NCBI GenBank assembly: GCA_002269645.1
Contig: NIVC01000271.1
Coordinates: forward strand, 410,899-474,898
Origin: Macrostomum lignano
Taxonomy: Eukaryota
DNA length: 64,000 nucleotides
Direction: 5' to 3'
In this document: one piece after another, positions 23,554-64,000 of the stretch
Position numbering within the stretch: the stretch's first letter is position 1
How the letters are laid out: each line of letters starts with the position of its first letter
Program-made: the position numbers and the translations under genes
Notes under the pieces: generated by a model
Databases searched by the model: none
What the model saw: the letters and a program-made list of their open reading frames with translations, nothing else
Told to the model about the DNA's origin: nothing

Positions 23554-23879
23554 CTGATGGCTGGAGTGACATGCAGGATTAAAATTGTATTATTAAAATG
23601 CGAAATACGCTAAACAAGCAAATTGTGTTACAATTCTGTTTTCGCTTCAACCTCAATACGTCCATGCTAAATTTTGCACACGGAAAACGTTAAAATGACA
23701 TTCCAAAATTCATCTATACTCATTTATTTCAACTTTGAGACAATTGCGAGCGTAGATTTTGCTGAGATTTTTCAGCTTTGCTACGAATGTATGCTGTCAA
23801 CTTCTTAGCTTTTAGTGATAAAACTACATGTACGAGTATTCCATACAAATTATTCTAATTCCCTAACGACTATTTCAAT

Positions 23880-24372
23880 TCTCTAGAGACCATTCCACTT
23901 CTCTTGAGATTATTCTACTTCTGTAGAGACTATTCCACTTCCCTAGAGACTATTCGACTTCTCTAGAGACTATTCCACTTCCCAAGAGACTATTAGACTT
24001 CTCTAGAGACTACTCCACTTCTCTAGAGACTACTCCATTTCTCTAGACACTAGTCCACTTCTCTAGAGACTACTCCACTTCCCTAGAGACTATACTCCAC
24101 TTCTCTAGAGACTATTCTACTTCTCTAGAGACTACTCCACTTCTCTAGAGACTACTCCACTTCTCTAGACACTAGTCCACTTCTCTAGAGACTACTCCAC
24201 TTCCCTAGAGACTATACTCCACTTCTCTAGAGACTAGTCGACTTCTCTAGAGACTAGTCCACTTCTCTAGACACTAGTCCACTTCTCTAGAGACTACTCC
24301 ACTTCTCTAGAGACTACTCCACTTCTCTAGAGACTACTCCACTTTCTCTAGAGACTACTCCACTTCTCTAGA
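23880..24372. repeat. 20-bp minisatellite CTCTAGAGACTACTCCACTT
   Basis: Tandem units read directly. Confidence 0.95.
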
Positions 24373-27300
24373 TAAAATTTTGAGTCTTCGTTTATAAGAA
24401 GTAGGCACCAGTAAATGTATATCGACTTAGGGTCAAGCTGTCCTTTCTCAAACAGCGTCTGTGTAAATTCCAATTGCGATCAAAGAGCAAATAGAAAATT
24501 ATTCCACCTTCCTATCCGAACGTACTTTTATCTTTGATAGTAAAAAACGATTGGTTGGTTCCGACTACCTATAGGGAAGGATCGAATTGCTTATTGATAG
24601 ATGCCACACATACTTCTTGAGGCAGGAATCTAGAGTGTACATGCAGACTATCTGAGGCGTACACTTACCCGGGGTATAGTGTTCTCACTGTTGTCTACTG
24701 CAGAGCAATAGTAGCACTGTATGCAGAATGATTGGTGAACTGTTTTTGAGTTGATCTTCGTGCAATGGCCCCCACGCCTAATATATTATTAATGTTAAGA
24801 GGAAGTTGACGTAGGAATTAAACTCTTGTGGAATGATGCTGAGTAGCTGCATGGAGCAGGCTTGAACTGCCCAAGACAAGGTGAAATACTCTAACCCATT
24901 CAGCAACTTCCTTGATTCCTAAAACGTTGTTTTGAGTCATAGAGCTAGGCTTTACGGAAGTTTCGTCACTTCTCCCTTTAAATAGCCTTAATTGTAGTCG
25001 CTTAAACTCTCAGTTAATTGTAGTGGATTCTTCACGTATGAGTCCAAGCTCGCGTCTTGGCCATGGATAAACAGATCCTGTTGCGACTTTTTAAGGCTTG
25101 TATTGAATCATTTTAAAGCCTCTCGCAGCCTGAAAATCATGTTTCGAATTCCGGCCATGGAACTCATGGCTGCGGATCGATCGGAGAGTCTTGTTGTTTC
25201 TTGGAAATCTTCCGGAATCGTTTTTCGGACCACGGCTGAGGAAGCACCGGCTGCGGTAAGTACATGCACATGACGTACGGTATGCACATTTATTTTCAAT
25301 GCTAAAACTTAATGTATGTGAAGTGTCTTATAGGCTTTAGAATACAAAATGATGGCATTTGGGATGATTTGTATTGAGCAGAAAAAATATTACATAGTGG
25401 GTGATACGAGTACAATTGTTGAATTTTCCTTTGTTAAAATGTGCACACAAGGACCACTAGCTGCATAGATACTATAAATATATGTATATATATATCTAAA
25501 TTTACTAAATCTCTAAGGTTTAATTGTATGTTTGCTTGGTTGTCCATAATGCTCTAGAGCTCTAGAGTACGTACTGCTATTTTAGTCCTGTGTGCATGTT
25601 AGGTATAAAATTGAATCGCAAAATATACCTATATTCGATAACTTCGAAAACATCTTATGTATCCAAGCTATCCTCACCGCATTCCAGGTATGCCGGCTAT
25701 GCGGAGGTAAGAATTTCTGTACGTAAGTTGCATACGCAACTCTGTATATACTGTATGAAAGGATCATTGTTTTTTATCAATTTGGATAAATTACGAGCTA
25801 GTTTATTTTGATGTTTTATTACAAGATTGTTCTATAGCTATTTTTGTTTGACGCAAAACAATACTAACAAGCAAAGACTTTAATTCATTGGACGTTAAGA
25901 AATGCATACAGTACGCATAAAGGAACGCAATTGTGAAATTGATTCCATCCTGAAAAAATATATTATATCTTAGCGCATCTAGACTATTCATGAATATTCT
26001 AATTTATTAAAGTTTTCATAAACATGTTCTGGACTGATTTACATGTAGAACTGAACGTAGATCATCAAAAATAGGATTAGTTCCATCAAGAAATCAAACC
26101 TTTGATTCAAGTAAAAAAGGTCACTGAAAAGTAACAGCAATGTTTAACCAAGAAACACTGTTAGTATAACAAGAACGCAAAACTCAGAGTAATTTTACGG
26201 AGGCTGATTTCGAGGAAAAATACACCACTGAAGAGATAAAAAAATCATTCTTTATAACAAAGTCAATGATTGCATTTGATAAAAGGCACTGAAGATGAAG
26301 AATATTCCTTTAATATATCATAGGCACGGCATGGTACTCTGTAGTATTTTATACAGTTGTGCAGTGAAATTTCCATTTTCAGATATTGTTTTCTTTAAAT
26401 TTCAAGCCCAAACCAAAGTTTTACTTTACAAAGATACATAGAGGATATGCTAATACAAATAGTAAAAATACTCGACTCAAGAAGAAATAAAATGATAATT
26501 TCAATGGTGAGTATTTTAATTTACAACAAATAACTTAGGCTGATAAAATAAAAAGAAAACAATATACATGTAAAATGAAGCATTCACTGCCCTAAAATAC
26601 AACAGAGTAACGTATGTTGTGCATGCTATATTACTTAAATAAAATTTTGGGTCTAAAAACTTGAGAAGTTTGTCTTCTATCTCGAATCGAACTATACATT
26701 TACAATTATTCCAAAAAGAATGCTTTCTACCGGGTTCTAGCAATTTAACGGGTTTAAATTCACGTTATTTTCGTGCGAGTGTTCGCATTTAAATTTCATT
26801 TTTCTAAGAAGGAAAAATACCGGAACGAATGACTAACCCCTGGGCCCCGGGTTTGAATCAGAGAATTATGTAAAAATCTTAGTTTTTAAAAGTGATATTC
26901 AAAAGTCTATTACAATTTTTTGACCAAGGGGTTGTCATATTGAGACTTTTTGCTATGTGCTATGCTATTTGACTGACATTTATGCCGCTGATGAAATGAC
27001 TATGTATCCAAAAGTCATACTGCATCTTAATAAATTATAAATGGCGAATGGGCGTAGGGTTAGAGGTTAGGCTAGAGAGAATTTTAGTGGTTTTATCTAT
27101 TATCTAACCTTAGATTAAAAATGGCTAATGTCATGGTTTAATTTGAGCATTAACTTTGAAACTATGTACTACTACTAGATCTATATGCTTGCTAGTGGTG
27201 TATTTATTTATAATTTATGCCTTAGCATATCAGTTGAGTATAATTAAGACAAAGTGTTGTTGAGTTTTAAGTGTTTCATTGAATGACTGTTTTTATGGTG

Positions 27301-28008
27301 TATATAACTTGAAAGAGGGTACTGCATATATATATATATAGAAATGCAGTGTCAGACAACATTGTAATGATAAGAATTATATTTTTTAATAAGTCCTGTA
27401 TGACATATGTAAGATTTTATTTAGTTATTTTATTTTTATAAAACTATAAATTTTTTAGTTTATTAATAAATTTATTTGTACAATAATCTTAATAGTAAGC
27501 TTAGTAACCTTAAGTATAATCTAAAACATTTGAAGTTTACTGCTCAATTATTTAACTTAAAGATAAAATAAATTAGTTTATTCATTAAAAGATTTGCTTT
27601 CAGTTTTTTATATCAATGCCATGGTATTTTTAGATTTTTTATTTTCTAATTTCTACCTTATTAGGAATTAAGCTTTTCTGTAAATCTGAAATGTCTTATT
27701 AATGTTAATAATAGCAAATATTATAAAAAGTCATTTGTGAAAAAAGGGTAATAAAACATGGATTGTTAGAGCCACTATTACAACATAGGTATTATTGGTA
27801 TACAAAAGATGATATCTTAGTAGTGCCAGTATTTAATGCTTTTTAACTTAAATATACCATTAATATAAAAAGAAAATTATCCTTTGATATCATTGGTAGT
27901 ACTATTCAATGCATATAATTTTTTTAATATATAGAAAAACTATATAAACTTTTTTGAAAAGAATTATGCATTATAAAGTTTATTTTTTGTATTTTTTATC
28001 ATGCTTGG

Positions 28009-28163
28009 GCGCAACCTAGGGATTCACCCGGCCGTTTCTATTGGCAACACACACATGTAAGTCGCTATTGGATGGAATAGTAGTCACGTGACTGTTCTCA
28101 GCCAATAGCGACTTACATGTGTGTGTTGCCAATAGAAACGGCCGAGTGATTCCCAAGGTTGTG
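28009..28163. mobile_element. 155-bp near-perfect palindrome (MITE-like) with a central GTCACGTGAC
   Basis: GCGCAACCTAGGGATTCACCCGGCCGTTTCTATTGGCAACACACACATGTAAGTCGCTATTGG pairs with CCAATAGCGACTTACATGTGTGTGTTGCCAATAGAAACGGCCGAGTGATTCCCAAGGTTGTGC. Confidence 0.8.
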
Positions 28164-28701
28164 CATGTATGTTTTTTATGCTAATACTAGCCATTAAAAT
28201 AGAAGTCAAGATTAGGTTAATTAATAAAAAACAAAAGTAGAAATATATTAAACTTAAATATTTAGTTATTAAAAATTATATATTACATAATTTAATACAT
28301 TAGTAAAGCCAACAGCTATCTTTTTGCAAATTAATATAATCCAATATTAAATCAAAATATACCAGGTTGACAAGGCTAAATCCTAATCTTAGGTTTATGG
28401 TTCTATGAAAAGTGTTTAGTATATTGAAATTTTGGGATAGCAAAATTTAAATAACAATTTGCTTAAGTCTAGGTACTTATACATTTTTTTAACAAATAAG
28501 CTATTCTTATCTATAGTCCACAGATCTTGCTATCGAGCCCAGTGCCTATGCTCGGACAGTGCCAGCTGTGCCCAGGACGAAACAGAAGCTAATCTAGCTT
28601 CATCAGCATCAGCTGCAGCAGCAGCCACTGGTGCCAGCAGTCACACAGCCCAGTCTGCCGCCAGCCATTTTCCATCTGGGTGGCAACCTCAGCATCGCCG
28701 C

Positions 28702-58855
<30,154 letters not shown>

Positions 58856-58946
58856 GCTTGATATTTGGCTGATTCTGGAGTCAGAATAGTTTAACTGGAA
58901 TTTATTATGAAATTGTCGAACTTCTGATTGGCTTCGGATGCGCTTC

Positions 58947-59820
58947 TAGATACCCTCTGGCACTTATCTGGATACCCTCTGGCACTTATCTGGATACCCT
59001 CTGGCACTTATCTGGATACCCTCTGGCACTTATCTGGATACCCTCTGGCACTTATCTGGATACCCTCTGGCACTTATCTGGATACCCTCTGGCACTTATC
59101 TGGATACCCTCTGGCACTTATCTGGATACCCTCTGGCACTTATCTGGATACCCTCTGGCACTTATCTGGATACCCTCTGGCACTTATCTGGATACCCTCT
59201 GGCACTTATCTGGATACCCTCTGGCACTTATCTGGATACCCTCTGGCACTTATCTGGATACCCTCTGGCACTTATCTGGATACCCTCTGGCACTTATCTG
59301 GATACCCTCTGGCACTTATCTGGATACCCTCTGGCACTTATCTGGATACCCTCTGGCACTTATCTGGATACCCTCTGGCACTTATCTGGATACCCTCTGA
59401 CACTTATCTGGATACCCTCTGGCACTTATCTGGATACCCTCTGGCACTTATCTGGATACCCTCTGGCACTTATCTGGATACCCTCTGGCACTTATCTGGA
59501 TACCCTCTGGCACTTATCTGGATACCCTCTGGCACTTATCTGGATACCCTCTGACACTTATCTAGATACCCTCTGGCACTTATCTAGATACCCTCTGACA
59601 CTTATCTAGATACCCTCTGGCACTTATCTAGATACCCTCTGACACTTATCTTGATACCCTCTGGCACTTATCTGGATACCCTCTGACACTTATCTTGATA
59701 CCCTCTGGCACTTATCTGGATACCCTCTGACACTTATCTTGATACCTCTGGCACTTATCTGGATACCCTCTGACACTTATCTAAATACCCTCGGATACTT
59801 ATCTAAATGCCCTCGATACT
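58947..59820. repeat. 22-bp minisatellite GATACCCTCTGGCACTTATCTG
   Basis: Highly homogeneous tandem units starting about 90 nt after the PCNT-like stop codon. Confidence 0.97.
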
Positions 59821-59899
59821 TATTTGTTATACCCTTAAAATTTATTATTTAGATACCCAGGCAGTTATTTAAATAGCCCTGCTGCTTAACTAGATACCC

Positions 59900-60268
59900 C
59901 AGACAATGATCAAGATACCTCATACGGTGCTCTAGATACCCCAGGCAGTGCTCTAGATACCCCAGGCGTGCTCTAGATACCCCAGGCAGTGATCTAGATA
60001 CCCAAGGCAGTGCTCTAGATACCCCAGGCAGTGATCTAGATACCCCAGGCAGTGATCTATATACCCAAGGCAGTGCTCTAGATACCCCAGGCAGTGATCT
60101 AGATACCCAAGGCAGTGCTCTAGATACCCCAGACAATGCTCTAGATACCCCAGACAATGCTCTAGATATCCCAGGCAGTGCTCTAGATACCCCAGGCGTG
60201 CTCTAAATACCCCGGGTGTGCTCTAGATACCCCAGGCAGTGATCTAGATACCCAGGCAGTGATCTAGA
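59900..60268. repeat. ~21-bp minisatellite CTAGATACCCCAGGCAGTGCT
   Basis: Tandem units sharing a GATACCC core with the preceding array. Confidence 0.93.
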
Positions 60269-60944
60269 GACCCCAGACGCAAATTAAACGAATACCCTTG
60301 AGTTTGACTTTAAAAATTCGAACCCCCATGCCACGGATTAGCCGGGGTAAACCGGCAATCACTCGCATTGTGTCAATTTTACCATTGTACATGTATAAAT
60401 ATGTACAGTCGATATTTGCAACTTTGCCGCTCGGCCAGCCCCAATGCAAGTCGCGGTTTTTTAGTCATCAGAGAGCTGCTTTTCTACTGTGTCTTACTTG
60501 GTCTCTGATGATGGGTGACATAGACTGAGCATATTTCTATATTTATACTCATTTATATACAAGACAGACTACTTATATTGATAAGCAGTGCTTTTTTCTG
60601 TCGCTCTTTTTTTCACAACTTTTCTGTCTCTCAGACAAGCTCAATTAAGGCTGAGCACTTCTCTGACCCCGTAGCAACCAGTTTTGTCCTCAATTTGTGT
60701 CTTTACTTTTTTACTGACTAGATACGTATGTATTCGTACATTTTAAAAATATTTAGCTTAATCTTGCAGCGCTATTGAAATCAGATTAAATGGGCTAATA
60801 ATCCATTACACCGTGTGCCTATGACAGGTTTGCTTTTGTGTTTTTCCTTTGCTTGATTATTAATTCGTTATTCAAAATGTGAAATTTAGAATAACTTGAT
60901 TGATTGACTGTTCAGGAGATACTTTTTTGGTCGGTCTGCATCGA

Positions 60945-61455
60945 ATCTCGCTTCCTGAGCCGTAAGTCCCGATTTCTGAGCCGTAAGTCCCGCTTCCTGA
61001 GCTGTAAGTCCCGATTCCTGAGCTGTAAGTCCCGATTCCTGAGCTGTAAGTCCCGATTCCTGAGCTGTAAGTCCCGATTCCTGCCCTGTAAGTCCCGATT
61101 CCTGAGCCGTAAGTCCCGATCCCTGCTATGTAAGTCCCGCTTCCTGAGCTGTAAGTCCCGATTCCTGCCCTGTAAGTCCCGATTCCTGCCCTGTAAGTCC
61201 CGATTCCTGAGCTGTAAGTCCCGATTCCTGAGCTGTAAGTCTCGATTCCTGAGCCGTAAGTCCCGCTTCCTGAGCTGTAAGTCCCGATTCCTGAGCTGTA
61301 AGTCCCGATTCCTGAGCCGTAAGTCCCGATTCCTGTCCTGTAAGTCCGATTCCTGTCTTGTAAGTCCCGATTCCTGAGCTGCAAGTCCTGATTCCTGAGC
61401 TGCAAGTCCTGATTCCTGAGCCGTAAGTCACGATTCTTGAGCTGTAAGTCCCGAT
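60945..61455. repeat. 21-bp minisatellite CCTGAGCTGTAAGTCCCGATT
   Basis: Tandem units. Confidence 0.95.
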
Positions 61456-62394
61456 TAAATTCTAAGGATTCTGATCCCAAATCTCAGAACCCCATTTCAG
61501 ATCTACAAAAATTTCGGTCTGAAATCTCAAAACTCAGTATCCCAACTCTTGATCTTCTTTTCTCGAACCACAAAGTTATTAAGATTACAATTTCCACTTT
61601 CAAATCTGCATTCGAGAATTTCTATTGCGATTCTGAATTGCGTAAAGAGAATGAGAAGACAAGGTCTCTCAAGATTAACTCATTCTGTCTCTGATTCTCA
61701 AATGCCTGTTTTTTTTTTCTACTTTCTTCTTTTTTTAAGAAATTATTATTGCGGCAACTTAAACTGCCTTAAACTGATGGTGTCTACAGACAGTGTGTCC
61801 GGCACTCGGCCATGGGTTATTCTTGTTCAACCAGAATTTGACAGCATCTCTGTGCTGTCGGGTTTTTTGTGGTTTTTTTAAAAGCCAACGTTGCACAGTT
61901 CATGCATTCTGTGTTTTTTACTTTGTCTGCTTTTTTCTATCAGTTTATTTTCTGTTCGTTCCAATGATTGAGATCAGTTCACTGCTTCAGCTAACGGGCA
62001 GCCTGTGGGGGGGGGGGGGTTGTTGATGAATTCTGAAAGCTTTCACTTTTTCTGTTGATAATCTGTGTTTTTTCTTGCTTTTTTATTTATGCGAAAAAAA
62101 TAATAGTCGAAACTACTACTTCACTTGGCTACTGTCAGTAGGCAGATTTGGCAATATATCTACTTTTGTCCGCCAGCGGAGGACTGTATAAAAACTAGCG
62201 AATAAAAACGGTCTTTTCAATTCTTTTTTGTTGCTTTATAATGTTTTCTCTCTTGGTTTGAATTTTGAACTGTCAACGAATTTCAGTGCAATTGAGAAAA
62301 ACATCAGATTGATTGTTTTCTTGTTCTTCTAAGAAATATATTTTGCTATTGTGCACCAGCGCTACTAGTAATATAGTAAATATATAAGTTTTAA

Positions 62395-63253
62395 CCATTT
62401 GGAAGCCAAAGGCCTGCACTGCAGGCCATACCGAAACGGCCCAGAAACCCAGAGATTGAAAAATGTCTATGGCATCAAAAACCATCTCCCAATCACTAAA
62501 GCAAGTGCCCAGTATGGCCTGCTGTGCAGGCCATGACTGATTTAAAGACGTCCATTATGCATTTCCATTGTGTTTTCACTCAAATGGGAAATGTTAAAGG
62601 GGAAATAAAGCGTGGATGAATTAGCATGGATCTGGACAGAGACCAGGATTTCGGGACATTGGCTGCAGCAAAATACTGTCTTCTTAGCTGGAACGGCAGA
62701 TTTCAAATTCGGAATCGTTTGCTTGGGCGAGTCTGGGCTTCCCGTTGCTGGGAGTCGTCCGTGTATATGTGGTATCCTTCGCCCAGCACTTCGCGGCTAA
62801 GCTCAGCAAACAACTCTCGCTCTCTTCCTCGCCATTTTCTGCACTCTCCTGCTGGAACTCCCTGACTGCCAACCACATTCGCTCATTGTCCATGTGACAA
62901 GACTGTGGTGAGAAACTCTTCAGTCAGGATCAATTTCTGGATCCATGCCTTCCGACTCCGTTCTGACTAAAAAACCGTCAAGTCATTGCTTGATAAAGCG
63001 TCTTCCGAATCGGAATCGAGTCCCAGTCTAAGCAAGGCGTCACTTTTAGCTGTCCTATTCGGCCGCGTAAAAGCCATTTGTGGGTAGGAAGGTTTGAACA
63101 GGAGCTAGCTGAAAAACTATGTGATATACTTTACTTCTGGGCTTCTAGGGTGTGCACTCGATTCAGCAAAAACGACAAATTTGTCTATGGACTGCTCTGC
63201 AGGCCTTTGGGCTTTTAAGCATCTTACAGAACCAAGCTTGGGCGCGAAGTGGT
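62395..63253 (-). mobile_element. Internally deleted, decayed piggyBac-like element
   Basis: TTAA at 62391-62394 and 63254-63257 flank imperfect inverted termini. Minus-strand remnants are an acidic N-terminus LRLGLDSDSEDALSS, the core motif LSREVLGEGYHIYTD, and, after a 1-nt shift, the C-terminal Cys-rich KKTVFCCSQCPENPGLCPDPC. Confidence 0.78.
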
Positions 63254-64000
63254 TTAATCGGCCGACTGCGGTGTGCTATTGTTGCACTTTTGTAGAGAAA
63301 AATAATTTTTGAGCAACCTCCAAATTTTGTCTGCTTTAATTGTTTCGAGCTTAAAACCTTACCCATGATATACAATTACTTAGATGACGATGCGTTTACT
63401 GGTAAAAATGCAGGTACTATTTCTCTCACTTTACCCACCACACGTAGAATAAATAGGAGCGACCTTGATTTTTGTATGACCGAAATCTGATCTATATGCA
63501 GGGGTCGGCACAAATTACCTCAAAGGTCAGGTAGAGAACCCAGGGCATGACTGCGGGCCAGAGGAGGAGAGAGAAAAGAAATGAGAAAAGAGAAGCGAAA
63601 CAGGAGAAAGGAAAAGGCGAGAAATGAAGTAAGAGAAGAGAAATGATAAGAAGAGAGGAGAGTGATAGAGGAGAGAGGAGAAAGAGAAGAAAGGAGAAGT
63701 AGGAGAGGAGCGAAACGAGACGAGAAGGGGGAGGAGAGACGAGAACGGAGAGGAGAGAATAGGGAGAGACTAGAGGGAGAGAAGAGGGAGAGAAGAGGGG
63801 AGAGGAGATGAGAGTTTAGAGAGAAAGAACTGAGAAGATACACAAACCTATTAGACCGGATCGCTATTTTGAAGTTTCAAAGACGCCTGATCTAATAATA
63901 CATGTTTTTAGTTAATTTGGCAGCTTTAAAATTTAGACAAAATTTACCAGGTTTGCACTGTGGCCCATGCTATGACCTTGACTCTATAGCTTGATATTGC

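Noticed and set aside
24400-25000. Decayed LINE endonuclease on the minus strand
   Set aside because: Only vague resemblance, with many stops and no diagnostic motif that I could confirm.
25300-28450. AT-rich region as a mitochondrial insertion or decayed gene
   Set aside because: Some frames look hydrophobic if TGA is read as Trp, but no mitochondrial protein or rRNA motif was recognisable.

Overview
Animal (invertebrate) genomic DNA; the style suggests a free-living flatworm such as Macrostomum, but that cannot be verified from sequence alone. (1) 1-7.2 kb: a near-perfect inverted repeat (arms 1-2678 and 4417-7093, left arm running off the window) with GC-rich terminal hairpins and no recognisable intact gene. 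(2) 8.3-17.9 kb: transposon debris, including an RT-less Ty3/Gypsy pol remnant, a deleted PIF/Harbinger element with its MITE, a truncated Crypton/DUF3504-type ORF and several MITEs. (3) 18.0-23.6 kb: the main discovery, three tandem two-exon genes whose spliced products are absent from the ORF track (only gene 2's second exon shows up, inside ORF 19642-19854). Each encodes a signal peptide, a propeptide and a mature C-C-CC-C-C inhibitor-cystine-knot (conotoxin/spider-toxin-like) peptide, and each is split by a phase-2 intron just before the cysteine domain. (4) 28.5-58.9 kb: a 19-exon gene for a coiled-coil protein of about 2,600 aa ending in a PACT domain (pericentrin/AKAP9 family). Almost every intron holds its own minisatellite, and three apparent frameshifts are all single-C losses at CC, probably assembly errors. 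(5) 59-64 kb: minisatellites and a deleted piggyBac remnant. All gene models and counts were made by hand.
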